A DNA stretch of 64,000 nucleotides from Candidatus Bathyarchaeota archaeon (GCA_963726255.1 CAVSBL010000002.1:736001-800000), one strand, 5' to 3'; positions 9,702-19,855 are shown, counted from the stretch's first letter. Made by a program: numbers and translations. The notes: a model not told the origin generated them from the letters alone.

Positions 9702-10595
9702 TCATCTTGACAGGTACCGAAGAATGCCCAAGACGTTGATTTTGATCGAGATTCGCAGGTATTCAGGCACCTCACTAGTTGGGCGACGCATAACCCCAGC
9801 AATCTCGTCCGTTAGGGCGTTCGACATTTGCTCATCAGACCATCCAGCCTCCCTCATCTGCCTAATGTTCTTCAGCCAATGCTGAAGCAAATTGACGTTT
9901 TCTGTTATCCACGGCATCGCATCTCTCACAACGCCGTAATGAGGCGTGTAGAACTCGGTCGGAGAACTTCCTCGTATCCGCTCGAGGGACTGGAGCGTTT
10001 CCTCCAGGTTGAAACTCGTCGGAGGTGTGGTGGGAATCAGTACAGGAAATTTCGGGAAACAGATTCCAACTGCGTCGCCTGTAAAGAAGGCATTGTGGCC
10101 TTCCCATTCGTAACTTAGGTGATGTGAAGCATGCCCCGGAGTCCAGACAGTGCGAAGAGTTGTTCCCCGCCCCAAGTCGACCACGTCGCCATCAACTGCA
10201 ACGCGGACGCGCCCTTGGGCAATGGGTTCAGGCCTACCGTACCTCTGCACGAGTTCAGATCCGAATAATTCACCTGCGCCTTTCCAAAGACGCGAAGGAT
10301 CAACTAAATGCGGCTCACCCTTCGGATGGACCCTGATTGAGGCGTTCGTGAACTTCCTGGCAAGAGTTCCACAGGAACCACAGTGGTCCAAATGAACGTG
10401 TGTCGGTAGAAGATAATCTGGATTGATTCCGTTGCTAGCAAGGTCGCGAAGAACAACGTCAGCAGAGGACTGATAACCCATATCGATAAGTGCTGTCTCC
10501 TTTCCAGCAACAACGTAAGCGGCCACGACGTTTAGCGCATCAAGCGCTTGAGTGTCGATGATCGCAACAGATTCGCTGAGTTTCCTGAGCAACAT
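9702..10595 (-). CDS. Metallo-beta-lactamase fold hydrolase
   Basis: THVHLDHCG, TPGHASHH, FTGDA, PHYG motifs. Confidence 0.9.
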   Translation of the reverse strand: MLLRKLSESVAIIDTQALDALNVVAAYVVAGKETALIDMGYQSSADVVLRDLASNGINPDYLLPTHVHLDHCGSCGTLARKFTNASIRVHPKGEPHLVDPSRLWKGAGELFGSELVQRYGRPEPIAQGRVRVAVDGDVVDLGRGTTLRTVWTPGHASHHLSYEWEGHNAFFTGDAVGICFPKFPVLIPTTPPTSFNLEETLQSLERIRGSSPTEFYTPHYGVVRDAMPWITENVNLLQHWLKNIRQMREAGWSDEQMSNALTDEIAGVMRRPTSEVPEYLRISIKINVLGILRYLSR

Positions 10596-10674
10596 GTTCC
10601 CCTGGACAAGTGGGCAGCCGAAACAAGTATATGGGTAGGATTAAAGCCTCATGAGAACACCTGTAGGGTTCACA

Positions 10675-11001
10675 ATGTCCAGGCCAGAGCTCCCAGAAGA
10701 CCTCGAGGTTTTCATAGACCAATTAGACGAACAAGGACGCGTTACTTACATATCCGGGTACTTTGAATACAAGAAGACCCGATTGAAGTTCGGCGCGATC
10801 GGAATGGAAGGGTACGGTGGCCCCAACATCGGGGCGACGCTCTCGGATGAAACGCTCTCGGCACTCAGACAACTCGGCCTCGACAGTGTGGCCATCGATG
10901 AACTGATTACAGCTCTTCAGCGAAAGATTATGGAGGGCCAAGCGCACATCGAACTCCCCGAAAGTCAAGAACCGACTGGGCAAGATAAAGCGAAAACGTA
11001 A
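10675..11001 (+). CDS. Hypothetical protein
   Basis: Protein-like ORF MSRPELPEDLEVF... filling the gap between flanking genes; ATG 10675 or 10651. Confidence 0.6.
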   Translation: MSRPELPEDLEVFIDQLDEQGRVTYISGYFEYKKTRLKFGAIGMEGYGGPNIGATLSDETLSALRQLGLDSVAIDELITALQRKIMEGQAHIELPESQEPTGQDKAKT

Positions 11002-11013
11002 GCAACCGACGTT

Positions 11014-11301
11014 TTAGTCTTGGGCATCGTGCTGCGAAAGACTGCAGTTTGGGCATTCGCTCGCATCTCTAGGGATCTGTGACATGCAATACCAGCAGAA
11101 CTTCTTGCCCTCCGCAGGTTCAATCGCCAGTGGTTCGTTCCTGAGGAACCCCAGAATGAACATAATTAGTCCAACAATCGCAATTGGCAACCCGAACATC
11201 GACACGCCTAGAGGAACATAGAAATCTGTGAAAACAAGAAACCCTCCGAATATGGCTACGATAGCACCCGAGGCGACCAGCCCTGTGTACATTTGGACCA
11301 C
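11014..11301 (-). CDS. Small 2-TM membrane protein with C-terminal zinc ribbon
   Basis: Two hydrophobic helices then CWYC-x10-CPNC. Confidence 0.75.
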   Translation of the reverse strand: MVQMYTGLVASGAIVAIFGGFLVFTDFYVPLGVSMFGLPIAIVGLIMFILGFLRNEPLAIEPAEGKKFCWYCMSQIPRDASECPNCSLSQHDAQD

Positions 11302-11354
11302 GCAAGATTGAATATGCAGCTGGATATGGGCTTTTTTCCCGAGGATGACGATTC

Positions 11355-12230
11355 ATGATTACGAGAACCGCCAAAGCATCATCAGGTCTCTTGTCTCAAG
11401 CAGCGGACCTCATTGTTGAAAATGGGACCTATTTGAAGGAGATATTTCCTCAATGCTCGAATAAAACAGAAGTGCAATCCGAACTCAAGCGATCGCCTGA
11501 GGAATGGAATCTACTCTTCACAGATCAATTAGCCGCGCTATTCACTCTTCATATCTCCGATACGGAGGCTGCGATTGGCAAATTTCTCCCTTCCCCTTCA
11601 CTCCCCTTTGACTCATTGGTTCCTACCCTTCAACAAGATCTCAATAGAATGAAAATCGGCCTTCTTACTCTTCACGTTCCGGAGGAGATGTCTAAGGCGC
11701 TCGTGAAGAATGGCTTTGAGAAACGGCGTATCCTTGTGAAACTACAAGGGCCGACCGTTGATACGAAATTGATGCCCATCCTTCCGCTCAACAGTCCAAA
11801 GCCGCGGGACCTGCCTATTCTTGCCAAACTCATGTATGACTGCTACGAGAAAGGTTCGGAGCCGAAGTTGTCTAGCATTGCCTCCGCGGAGAGATTGCTA
11901 AGCGGCATAATGAACGGCATATATGGGCCTTACGTGGCTGGGGCGTCGCTAACTAGCGGCGCAACCCAGAACATTGTAAGCGCCTGCTTCATAACACTCT
12001 CTAGTCCCACGGAAGCACACGTCGCGCAGCTGTACACCCATCCGCTCTATCGAGCGCGAGGACTCGCCACCACGGAGGTTGCGACGGGCATGAACAAGTT
12101 GATCAAGCGGGGCGTTCAGACGCTGACGGTTTGGCTCGGTGAGGATAACGAGATAGCTGGGAGACTCTTTGCAAAGCTGGGTTTCAAACCGCAGCAGAAG
12201 TTGGTAGAGATGGTTAGCAGGATTCAGTGA
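11355..12230 (+). CDS. GNAT family N-acetyltransferase
   Basis: VAQLYTHPLYRARGLA (motif A) and N..A.RLFAKLGF (motif B). Confidence 0.85.
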   Translation: MITRTAKASSGLLSQAADLIVENGTYLKEIFPQCSNKTEVQSELKRSPEEWNLLFTDQLAALFTLHISDTEAAIGKFLPSPSLPFDSLVPTLQQDLNRMKIGLLTLHVPEEMSKALVKNGFEKRRILVKLQGPTVDTKLMPILPLNSPKPRDLPILAKLMYDCYEKGSEPKLSSIASAERLLSGIMNGIYGPYVAGASLTSGATQNIVSACFITLSSPTEAHVAQLYTHPLYRARGLATTEVATGMNKLIKRGVQTLTVWLGEDNEIAGRLFAKLGFKPQQKLVEMVSRIQ

Positions 12231-12245
12231 TCTCTGCCAGAAGTA

Positions 12246-12812
12246 TCAGGCTTTGAACCAGCGAAACACAAGGTAATCCACTTTCTTACTCCGCCCTCTA
12301 GGTACTGCAATCGTGAATTGCTTTCGAACGGTGGTCGCCAAGCGGCCCGCTAACACAACCTCGAAGGGCCCCATGGTCTCCTCTTCCCTCTTCACTGTAA
12401 CAATGAACGGGGCGTGGTCGATTCCCGGGCCATGTTCGTAGATAGCAAAGTCCGACCCGAATCTTATCCCAGGGGTCACGATGAGCCCCTTCTCACGCAG
12501 GTTCTCGTAAGCGCTGTATCCCAGATCAAACTGCTTGTAAGTCTTGTTGGCCACTCTTAGGAGCATCGACCTGCTAACAGGTTCAGAGTTCTTGACGTTA
12601 ACCACTTTGATTATTTTTCGATCGAGAAGGTACAACGCCTCCATCAAATCGAGCATCAAGGGTGCCTTGAACTCTTGTTCCGGTTTGGGCTTTGGAATCC
12701 CTACAGGCTTACCGAAGAAACCCATCCGGTAAAGTGCCAATCCCTCTCTATGGTCCCACACAATGAGCCTGGTTCCTATCAATTCCGCGGCAATGGGCTT
12801 CATGTGCGGCAC
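12246..12812 (-). CDS. endA: tRNA-intron endonuclease, catalytic subunit
   Basis: LDLMEALYL, PGIRFGSDFAIYEHGPGIDHAPF (catalytic Tyr/His), RLATTVRK (Lys); GKPVGIPKPKPEQEFKAPL insertion resembling the crenarchaeal-specific loop. Confidence 0.95.
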   Translation of the reverse strand: MPHMKPIAAELIGTRLIVWDHREGLALYRMGFFGKPVGIPKPKPEQEFKAPLMLDLMEALYLLDRKIIKVVNVKNSEPVSRSMLLRVANKTYKQFDLGYSAYENLREKGLIVTPGIRFGSDFAIYEHGPGIDHAPFIVTVKREEETMGPFEVVLAGRLATTVRKQFTIAVPRGRSKKVDYLVFRWFKA

Positions 12813-12813
12813 C

Positions 12814-13473
12814 CTATGCTGTGAGGGCGAGCACTCGTATATGGTCCACTACATCTACGCCTATGTCGGCTATCCTTTCGGCTCTCTCAACTAAGTCACG
12901 AAAGAAGAGCAAAGTCTGCAAGGGCATCTTGCTTGAGATCAAGTCCAAGTCAAGGTGTCGTGATTCAGCGTCAACTTGGCGCTCAAGGTCTTCCACAGCC
13001 TTGGCAGTTTCCACTGCCTTTTCCGCATCGAATGATAGCGAGTGAAGCGTTTCCCTTACTTTGGAGATTTCCTTCAGCACCGAACTCATCAGATGGGATA
13101 CTTCTTCCAATCGCTTGTTGTCTAATTTCCATTTGAGGTCCACGACGCCCATGAGTCTGTATCCCATGGCTTCGCAGTATTCTGCAACTTCACCAAGCCG
13201 AAACAGCAAGCGCAGGAAGTCCTCTCTGCTTATGAGTAAGCTTCCTACGGATGCAACTTCACTCAGAAAGGTTGCCTTGTTCTTTTCGTTCTCTTGAAGT
13301 GTCTTCAGGATATTTTCGTAGTTCTCTTTCGCGAGCTTAGGTTTCTTGTCAGCGAGATTATCAAGGAGTACCACAACTTGCCTCGTGATTTCTACAACAT
13401 TCCTCGCATGGGCTTGGCACAGCTCGAGCATTCTGCGCCTTATGTTTGCCTCGTTCTCTATGGGAAATGTCAA
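12814..13473 (-). CDS. DUF47 / PhoU-like phosphate transport regulator
   Basis: Helical protein with REDFLRL, VEDLERQVD, ERIAD motifs; TTG 13473 is the likely start (ORF extends to 13548). Confidence 0.8.
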   Translation of the reverse strand: MTFPIENEANIRRRMLELCQAHARNVVEITRQVVVLLDNLADKKPKLAKENYENILKTLQENEKNKATFLSEVASVGSLLISREDFLRLLFRLGEVAEYCEAMGYRLMGVVDLKWKLDNKRLEEVSHLMSSVLKEISKVRETLHSLSFDAEKAVETAKAVEDLERQVDAESRHLDLDLISSKMPLQTLLFFRDLVERAERIADIGVDVVDHIRVLALTA

Positions 13474-13560
13474 GCTAGTTGCATCGCCGGGACGTGCTGT
13501 AGCTATTAGGGCGGTTGGGGAATTAAACCATAGCCCAACATGCCACAATTATGTCTGGGG

Positions 13561-15330
13561 CTACTCGTAAGCCACCTTGACAGGCGTCCCAAGGTCCGGA
13601 AAAGTCAATTTTCTTTGGAAGAACTGTCGGGCGAGTTCAGGGATCGCCTTCCACTCGTTGCGGACCTGTTGCCACGTATCCCTATCCCTAAGCGTAACAG
13701 TGCCGTTTTCCTTTGTTTGATAGTCTACGGTGATTGATAGCGGAACACCGACTTCGTCCGCGCGCGCATACCGCCTTCCAATCGTCCCGCCCTCATCGTA
13801 TTCAACCTCGAAGCCCTGCGCAAAAAGGAAGGCTTGGATCTCGGCGGAAAGTTCAGCGAGGCCGTCCTTCGCCATCAATGGAAATACCATCATCTGAGTG
13901 GGAGCCAGGTCAACTGGAAGCTTGAGAACCACCCGGTCTTTCACACGATTGTACGAATATTCCAAGGCTGAATACACAATTCTCTCCGCGCCATAACTTG
14001 GCTCCACAACGTGCGGCAAGAATCGCCTGCCTGTTTCGCGTATTGAACGCTCTTCGAAACGCACATGCGATGGCAGAATCTTGAAGCCCTGCAGCTCAAA
14101 GTAACCAGATTTCTCGAAGGCCGCTTTCACATTTTCAGGTCTGGTCGAAACCAAGGCGCTAAGCATCGCCTTTGCCCTTTCTCGCAACAATGGCCCAAGG
14201 ACCGAATCGAGAGGAACAATCACGGTGGACTTTCTCTCTATGGGAGTCGAATGAGGTTTGAAAATTGTAAGGTCGACGCCTGAAGATTTCATGTGTGCTG
14301 ATAAGTCGAAATCCGTCCTGTACGCGTGTCCTGCAATTTCTACCCATCCCCACCTGTCGAGCCAAATCTGATGGTCAAAGGTTTGACTTGAGTAGTGCGA
14401 ACGTTCTGCAGGTAGCTTTTCCTCGAACCTTTGTTTTTCTGATGGAATACCAAGTGAACTTGCAAATTGTATGGAGAGCGCCATGAAATAAGCAGACCAT
14501 TCTGTCTGAACAAATCCGCGTTCTACTGCCTCTTGGGCAGTGACCTGCGTTAGATCAGTACTGTGTTGCTCGCGAGTCTTCGCGAGATAGAGCGGTAGGA
14601 TAACATTCTTCACGCCATTGAGGTATTTGCATTTCCGTTCTTCAGGGTCAAAGAAGAATTCTATTTCCATGATGGTGAATTCTCGCAGCCTGATTGGGCC
14701 CTGTCGTGGCGAAATCTCATTGCGCATGACTGTGCCTATCTGTGCTATGCCGATCGGTAGCCTTTCTCGGCTAGTTTCATAGACACGCTTGAAATCGACA
14801 AATATCCCTTGCGCGGCCTCCGGCCTACCGTAACCTGGTGCGTCACCATATGGGCCGATGTTCGTCTTGAACATGGTCGAGAAAAATTCCGACTTGCTCA
14901 GCTTCCCTCCACACTCAGGGCAGCGAACATGGTTTTCCGCGATGAATGAGTCTATTTCCACTGGCGACATGGCTTCGACGGCAATGTCGGTTCTTCCCGG
15001 CATTGCCTCAGTGATAACGTAGTCAGCCTTGAAATGCCTCTTGCACTCTTCGCAACTAACCATCAGATCTTTGAAGTGTTCAATGTGACCTGAAGCTAGG
15101 AATATTTTTTCAGGGGTTATGACGGGAGTGGAGATCGCTACAAAGCCATGCTGGTATACGAAAAGATCCAGCCACTTGTCCTCTATGCGCCTCTTCAGTT
15201 TTGCGCCTAGAGGCCCCAGGTCAAGATACCCGCTTGTGCCCCCATAGATTTCGAACGACGGCCAGAAGAACCCTCGGCGTTTGGCCAGGTCTGATAAGAG
15301 TTCGTATTTGTCGATGCCTTCCAAGTTCAA
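13561..15330 (-). CDS. glyS: Glycine--tRNA ligase (archaeal/eukaryotic homodimeric type)
   Basis: LAKRRGFFWPSFEIYGG, RPEAAQGIF, RNEISPRQGPIRLREF, PHVVEPSYG, GTIGRRYARADEVG. Confidence 0.97.
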   Translation of the reverse strand: MNLEGIDKYELLSDLAKRRGFFWPSFEIYGGTSGYLDLGPLGAKLKRRIEDKWLDLFVYQHGFVAISTPVITPEKIFLASGHIEHFKDLMVSCEECKRHFKADYVITEAMPGRTDIAVEAMSPVEIDSFIAENHVRCPECGGKLSKSEFFSTMFKTNIGPYGDAPGYGRPEAAQGIFVDFKRVYETSRERLPIGIAQIGTVMRNEISPRQGPIRLREFTIMEIEFFFDPEERKCKYLNGVKNVILPLYLAKTREQHSTDLTQVTAQEAVERGFVQTEWSAYFMALSIQFASSLGIPSEKQRFEEKLPAERSHYSSQTFDHQIWLDRWGWVEIAGHAYRTDFDLSAHMKSSGVDLTIFKPHSTPIERKSTVIVPLDSVLGPLLRERAKAMLSALVSTRPENVKAAFEKSGYFELQGFKILPSHVRFEERSIRETGRRFLPHVVEPSYGAERIVYSALEYSYNRVKDRVVLKLPVDLAPTQMMVFPLMAKDGLAELSAEIQAFLFAQGFEVEYDEGGTIGRRYARADEVGVPLSITVDYQTKENGTVTLRDRDTWQQVRNEWKAIPELARQFFQRKLTFPDLGTPVKVAYE

Positions 15331-15423
15331 ACCTCAAGTCCTTGTTCAGGAGCGCCTCACTTACTCTTGGTCCGGTCTTAACACATTTCCCGGCGCTTCC
15401 TTAAAGCATCCGACTGAGAATGA

Positions 15424-15552
15424 TCAATCGCTGGGAATGACATCCACGTAGGTGCGACATTTCTCGCAGAACGGCTATATGTCCCCGGCTGACGACATTG
15501 TGTTAACGAAGACTTCAATCTTGGTACCGCAGGTGGCGCACTTAACGTTCAT
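15424..15552 (-). pseudogene. Small zinc-finger ORF interrupted by an in-frame TAG (pseudogene, base error or readthrough)
   Basis: MNVKCATCGTKIEVFVNTMSSAGDI-[TAG 15475-15477]-PFCEKCRTYVDVIPSD-TGA. Confidence 0.55.
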
Positions 15553-15612
15553 GCCGTACAGCCTGTTATCTTTCTTGAGGAAGGCTGAGTCAATTCCCAA
15601 TTCCGGTCACGA

Positions 15613-16401
15613 TTATTGTGCTGTGTGTTTTGGCATCAGTTTCGCGCCCGCTCTCTTCGCCGTGGAGCGGGTGACCACGAGCCTTCTCAGCCGCTGAATG
15701 GCCAATGCTGGGTCTACGCCCTTTGGGCAAACGAAACTGCACGCACCTGCAAAGTGGCATCGCCAAACTCCATGCTCCTCATCGACGGCATTCAACCGAA
15801 GATTCCCGCCTTCATCACGAGAATCTGCAGTGTACCTGTACGCCTGCCCTAGGGCCTGCGGGCCGGTGAAGAGCGGGTCAGTTGCCACAGTCGGACATGC
15901 GGAGTTGCATAGACCACACTTTATGCAATACGAGAACTGAAGAAAGTCATCCAATTGACGCTGATTTTGCGAGTATTCCGACTCAAATGTCTCTTGCTCC
16001 GCCACATTCACTCTAAGAAGGAAAGGCTTCACCGACTGATGGGCTGAGAAGAAGTTGTCAAAGTCCGTAACAAGGTCACGTACGAGCGGGTAGTGGTCGA
16101 GAGGCTCAACTGTTATGGGCGAGTCTCCGAATTCGGTTACCTGCGTATAACACGCCAATCTTGGCAGGCCATTAATCTTCATACCGCATGAGCCGCAGCA
16201 AGCCATTCTGCAAGAAAACCGAATCGCGATTGAGTGGTCTATTTGCTCCTTTGCAAACAGGAGCGCAGCGAGGACCGTCATCCCAGGTTCTGTGGGGATG
16301 CGGAAAGTCTCGTAGTGTCGCTGGGTTTGCTGGGATGGATTTGCACGCAGAACTCTTAAGGTGATTTTTCCTATGCTCTGAACCGTCGTTTCTGTCACCA
16401 T
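15613..16401 (-). CDS. sdhB: Succinate dehydrogenase/fumarate reductase iron-sulfur subunit
   Basis: SCRMACCGSCG...LAC (2Fe-2S), CIKCGLCNSACP, CHFAGACSFVCPKGVDP. Confidence 0.95.
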   Translation of the reverse strand: MVTETTVQSIGKITLRVLRANPSQQTQRHYETFRIPTEPGMTVLAALLFAKEQIDHSIAIRFSCRMACCGSCGMKINGLPRLACYTQVTEFGDSPITVEPLDHYPLVRDLVTDFDNFFSAHQSVKPFLLRVNVAEQETFESEYSQNQRQLDDFLQFSYCIKCGLCNSACPTVATDPLFTGPQALGQAYRYTADSRDEGGNLRLNAVDEEHGVWRCHFAGACSFVCPKGVDPALAIQRLRRLVVTRSTAKRAGAKLMPKHTAQ

Positions 16402-16404
16402 TTT

Positions 16405-18120
16405 CTAGTAATGCCGTTCTGTTGGAGGGTATTTGGTAATCTTTACCGGAGCGTAATCGAGGCGTGGCCCGTTAGGGCTGTGGTAGGCGAGAGTGTGCTT
16501 GAGCCAATTATTGTCGTCCCGCTTTGGGTAATCCGTTCGTGAATGAGCGCCGCGCGATTCGGTTCGAGCTAGCCCACCAGCCAGGACGATTTCGGCGACC
16601 TCAAACATTGCCTCGAGTTCGAGGACGTTAATGAAATTGGTATTGTACTCCTTTGCTTGGTCATTCACATGGCGGTAAGATTTCTTGTGTAGTTCACGCA
16701 GTTGCCTCAAACCCTCTTCCAACCCTTCGCCCGTTCGGTAAACATACGCGTACTTGTCCATAATCGTCTGCACTTCGTTATGAACTTCATAGGGGTTCTC
16801 GCTTCCGACCCCATGGAAGATTTCATCAAAGAGCCGCTTCTCCTCTGCGGCGACCTGCTCTTTTTCCAAGTTGTGCGATGGCTGATTCATAGCGTATTGA
16901 ACTGCATTTGCCCCGGCTTGTGTGCCAAACACTAGACATTCGGCCGTGGAGTTAGCGCCCAAACGGTTTGCTCCGTTAATGCTTACGCAAGCTGCCTCTC
17001 CAGCCGCCCAAAGGGCGGCGATTGGAGTTTGAGCTTTCATGTCTGTTCTGATTCCGCCCATCGTGTAATGGCAAACTGGCCGGACTGGTAGGGGCTCATC
17101 AATAGGGTCGATTCCTTTGAATTTGATGGCAATCTCTCTAATTCCTGAGAGACGCTCCTTGATCTTCTCGCCCCCAAGGTGGCGTAGGTCTAGGAGTAAA
17201 TGATCCATTCCAGTTATCGGGTCCTTCAAACCCCGCCCTTCTTGAATCTCGGTTATCATTGCCCTAGAAACCACATCTCTTGATGCCAGATCGACTTTTT
17301 CAGGCGCGTATTTCTTCATGAACCGCTCCCCTTTGCTATTGATGAGAACGGCACCATCTCCGCGAGCCCCCTCCGTGATCAGGACGCCTGAAGGGATTAG
17401 GCCTGTTGGATGAAATTGGACGAACTCCATGTCCTCGATCGGTGCACCGGCACGGTATGCTAGTGATAGGCCATCTGGAGTGGATGAATAACCATAAGTC
17501 GCAAATTTGTAGAGCCTTCCAGCTCCACCTGTTGCAATAATGCCGGCCTTCGCGTTGACGGCATGGAAATCGCCGTTCTTCAAATCAATTGCTGTGACGC
17601 CTCGGAATACGCCGTTGTCTACGATCAGCGAGGTTACGTACCATTCTTGGAAGAAGTGGATGTTCTCGAACTTGCGGGTAGTATCGTAAAGTGTCTGCAT
17701 CTCAAAGAATCCGACTCGGTCGGCGGCGAATGTGGCCCGGGGGAAACTGTATCCGCCGAAGTTACGTTGGGCTATTCGGCCGTCTTCTGTTCTCGACCAA
17801 GGCATACCCCAATGTTCAAGCATGTAGATTTCAGCGGGCATAGCATTGACGAAGAACTCAACTGCGTCCTGGTCGGCGAGAAAGTCGCTGCCCTTTATTG
17901 TGTCGTAGCTGTGAGATTCTAGGGTGTCTCCTTTGTCGGGGTACAGGACAGCCGCGGTGCCACCTTCTGCAGACACAGAATGAGATCGCATTGCCTGAAC
18001 CTTAGTTAACACAGCAATGCTGCACTTGCCCTCCGAAACACGAGCAGCTTCGATGGCGGCGCGAAGCCCCGCTATCCCCGAGCCAACTATCACTACGTCA
18101 TAGCTCAGCGTTTCTGCCAC
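16405..18120 (-). CDS. sdhA: Succinate dehydrogenase/fumarate reductase flavoprotein
   Basis: GSGIAG, RSHSVSAEGG (covalent FAD His), QFHPTG, HYTMGG, GANRLGANS, ESRGAH. Confidence 0.96.
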   Translation of the reverse strand: MAETLSYDVVIVGSGIAGLRAAIEAARVSEGKCSIAVLTKVQAMRSHSVSAEGGTAAVLYPDKGDTLESHSYDTIKGSDFLADQDAVEFFVNAMPAEIYMLEHWGMPWSRTEDGRIAQRNFGGYSFPRATFAADRVGFFEMQTLYDTTRKFENIHFFQEWYVTSLIVDNGVFRGVTAIDLKNGDFHAVNAKAGIIATGGAGRLYKFATYGYSSTPDGLSLAYRAGAPIEDMEFVQFHPTGLIPSGVLITEGARGDGAVLINSKGERFMKKYAPEKVDLASRDVVSRAMITEIQEGRGLKDPITGMDHLLLDLRHLGGEKIKERLSGIREIAIKFKGIDPIDEPLPVRPVCHYTMGGIRTDMKAQTPIAALWAAGEAACVSINGANRLGANSTAECLVFGTQAGANAVQYAMNQPSHNLEKEQVAAEEKRLFDEIFHGVGSENPYEVHNEVQTIMDKYAYVYRTGEGLEEGLRQLRELHKKSYRHVNDQAKEYNTNFINVLELEAMFEVAEIVLAGGLARTESRGAHSRTDYPKRDDNNWLKHTLAYHSPNGPRLDYAPVKITKYPPTERHY

Positions 18121-18268
18121 GCAATCTTACCTCGAAGCAGTGTGCGGGTCGCCATTCGCGGCATTGCATGAATATAAGTGTGAATTCGACGGTTACAACA
18201 TTCAACTTACTCTACTCAGTAGTTTGTCGGCAATATCGGAGGTGTAGCTTATCAACAAAGGGAGAATC

Positions 18269-19276
18269 ATGAGGCTTGTCAGCGCAGCTGTTGGGATAAC
18301 GGTTCTAATAGCTTTCATCTATCTCGTAGGGCTCGACGCCCTTACGCGCGTGCTTCTCCAGGTCAACCCTACGGTAATTCTCGCGATGGTGGCAATTCAG
18401 CTTCTTGGCTTCACGTTCTATGCGGCCGCGTGGTATGTACTAATTCGTTCTACGGGTCACACGCTTCCGTTTCGTACTTGTCAGGGCATTACGTTCGCGA
18501 GCATTTTCGTGAGCTATACCATGCCGAGTGGTGTCTTCCTTGAAGCGGTAAGATGCATACTGGGTTCGAAGGAATCGGGAATGAAATTAGGAGAATCGAC
18601 TGCCACAGTTATCATGCATCGAGTTCTCTATATAGTCGGTTTTCTGGCAAGTACAGCCTTGGCCTTCTTCGTCCTCGCCCTCGGAGGACGCGCAACCAGT
18701 TCAGTGATCCTTCAATTGGCTGCCGTGCCGGTACTCGCAGTGGCAGGGTTAATCGTCTCACTCTACCTCTCCCTGAACCCCAAGACAATACAGCCCCTCT
18801 TGGACCGCGGTCTTCGGCTGGTTCAACCCGTCATCAAAATCGTTCAAAAACAAGCGAAAACGGATGGAAAGGCGGGGCAATTCTTGGATGACTATCACGT
18901 TGCTTTTCGTAGGATACTGTCTTCAAGGGTTCATGTTGCAGCTTCTTTCGCAGCAAGTCTAGGCGATTGGGCCTGTTCCGTCCTGATTCTATGGGTGGTT
19001 CTCACAGCTGTTGGTTCCACAGTCTCACTCTGGATTGTGGTGGTAACCATGGCGATTGGGAAAATGATTCAAATGACGCCGATAGCGGTTCCTGGGATGC
19101 TTGGAATTTACGAGACTGCAATTACTGCCTCACTCTCTTTGTTCGGAGTTCCGGTTGCTGTTGGAGCATCAGCAGCGCTTCTGTCAAGAATTGTCACCTC
19201 GTGGTTGGACCTCCCGGTAACAGGCATAGCCGCATACCATTACGGCTACAAGGCTCTAGGCCAACTGAGCCAATGA
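18269..19276 (+). CDS. Lysylphosphatidylglycerol synthase TM-domain / flippase-like membrane protein (UPF0104)
   Basis: Multi-TM; TPIAVPGMLGIYE and AALLSRIVTSW motifs. Confidence 0.8.
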   Translation: MRLVSAAVGITVLIAFIYLVGLDALTRVLLQVNPTVILAMVAIQLLGFTFYAAAWYVLIRSTGHTLPFRTCQGITFASIFVSYTMPSGVFLEAVRCILGSKESGMKLGESTATVIMHRVLYIVGFLASTALAFFVLALGGRATSSVILQLAAVPVLAVAGLIVSLYLSLNPKTIQPLLDRGLRLVQPVIKIVQKQAKTDGKAGQFLDDYHVAFRRILSSRVHVAASFAASLGDWACSVLILWVVLTAVGSTVSLWIVVVTMAIGKMIQMTPIAVPGMLGIYETAITASLSLFGVPVAVGASAALLSRIVTSWLDLPVTGIAAYHYGYKALGQLSQ

Positions 19277-19571
19277 CCTAGGGAAACCGATCATGGCCCA
19301 TTCATTGCTCGTCCCTTGCGCCGCGTAATATTCGCTAAAGCCAAGTGACGGCTATTTGCGAAAGGCCTATATGACTTCCAAATCGCTGCCACAGAGATCC
19401 AATATCGGCATGCCGAGATAACATCAACCAGGAGCCAGTCGCGTTAGCTTCTATGAGAACCAACAGAGACAGATCCCACGACAACATTCAATGTGGCTGA
19501 GATAACCATCGACCTAATCGATTCATGGATCAGAATGCTCATCGCACTGGACATAAGCATTCTCTTCAGCC

Positions 19572-19763
19572 TTGGAGTTGTCGTCAAAGAAGAGATTCAT
19601 CTCGGCGGGTGAGGTAGCTGAGGAGTTGACTCGAAGAGACATTCGTTGGCATCACGAGCCTGAATTGAATGAGGCATTAGTGAACGCGATGTTGATTCAT
19701 TGGGCGATTTACGCAGGTTTGCTCACATACGACGGCAAAACGGGAAGGTTCCAGAAGGCGTGA
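19572..19763 (+). pseudogene. Probable remnant of the C-terminal domain of a NitT/TauT-type ABC ATPase
   Basis: IHWAIYAGLLTYDGKTGRF resembles the I.WG.YA.L..YD...G.. end of that domain; no ATPase or permease upstream. Confidence 0.45.
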
Positions 19764-19855
19764 AGCAGTACCCGAAGTCGCCTACGACAATTCCCGCATG
19801 ATTCCTTCACCAGTCTTATATTGAGCACCCTCCCAATGCGAAAGTGTGAAGATAG

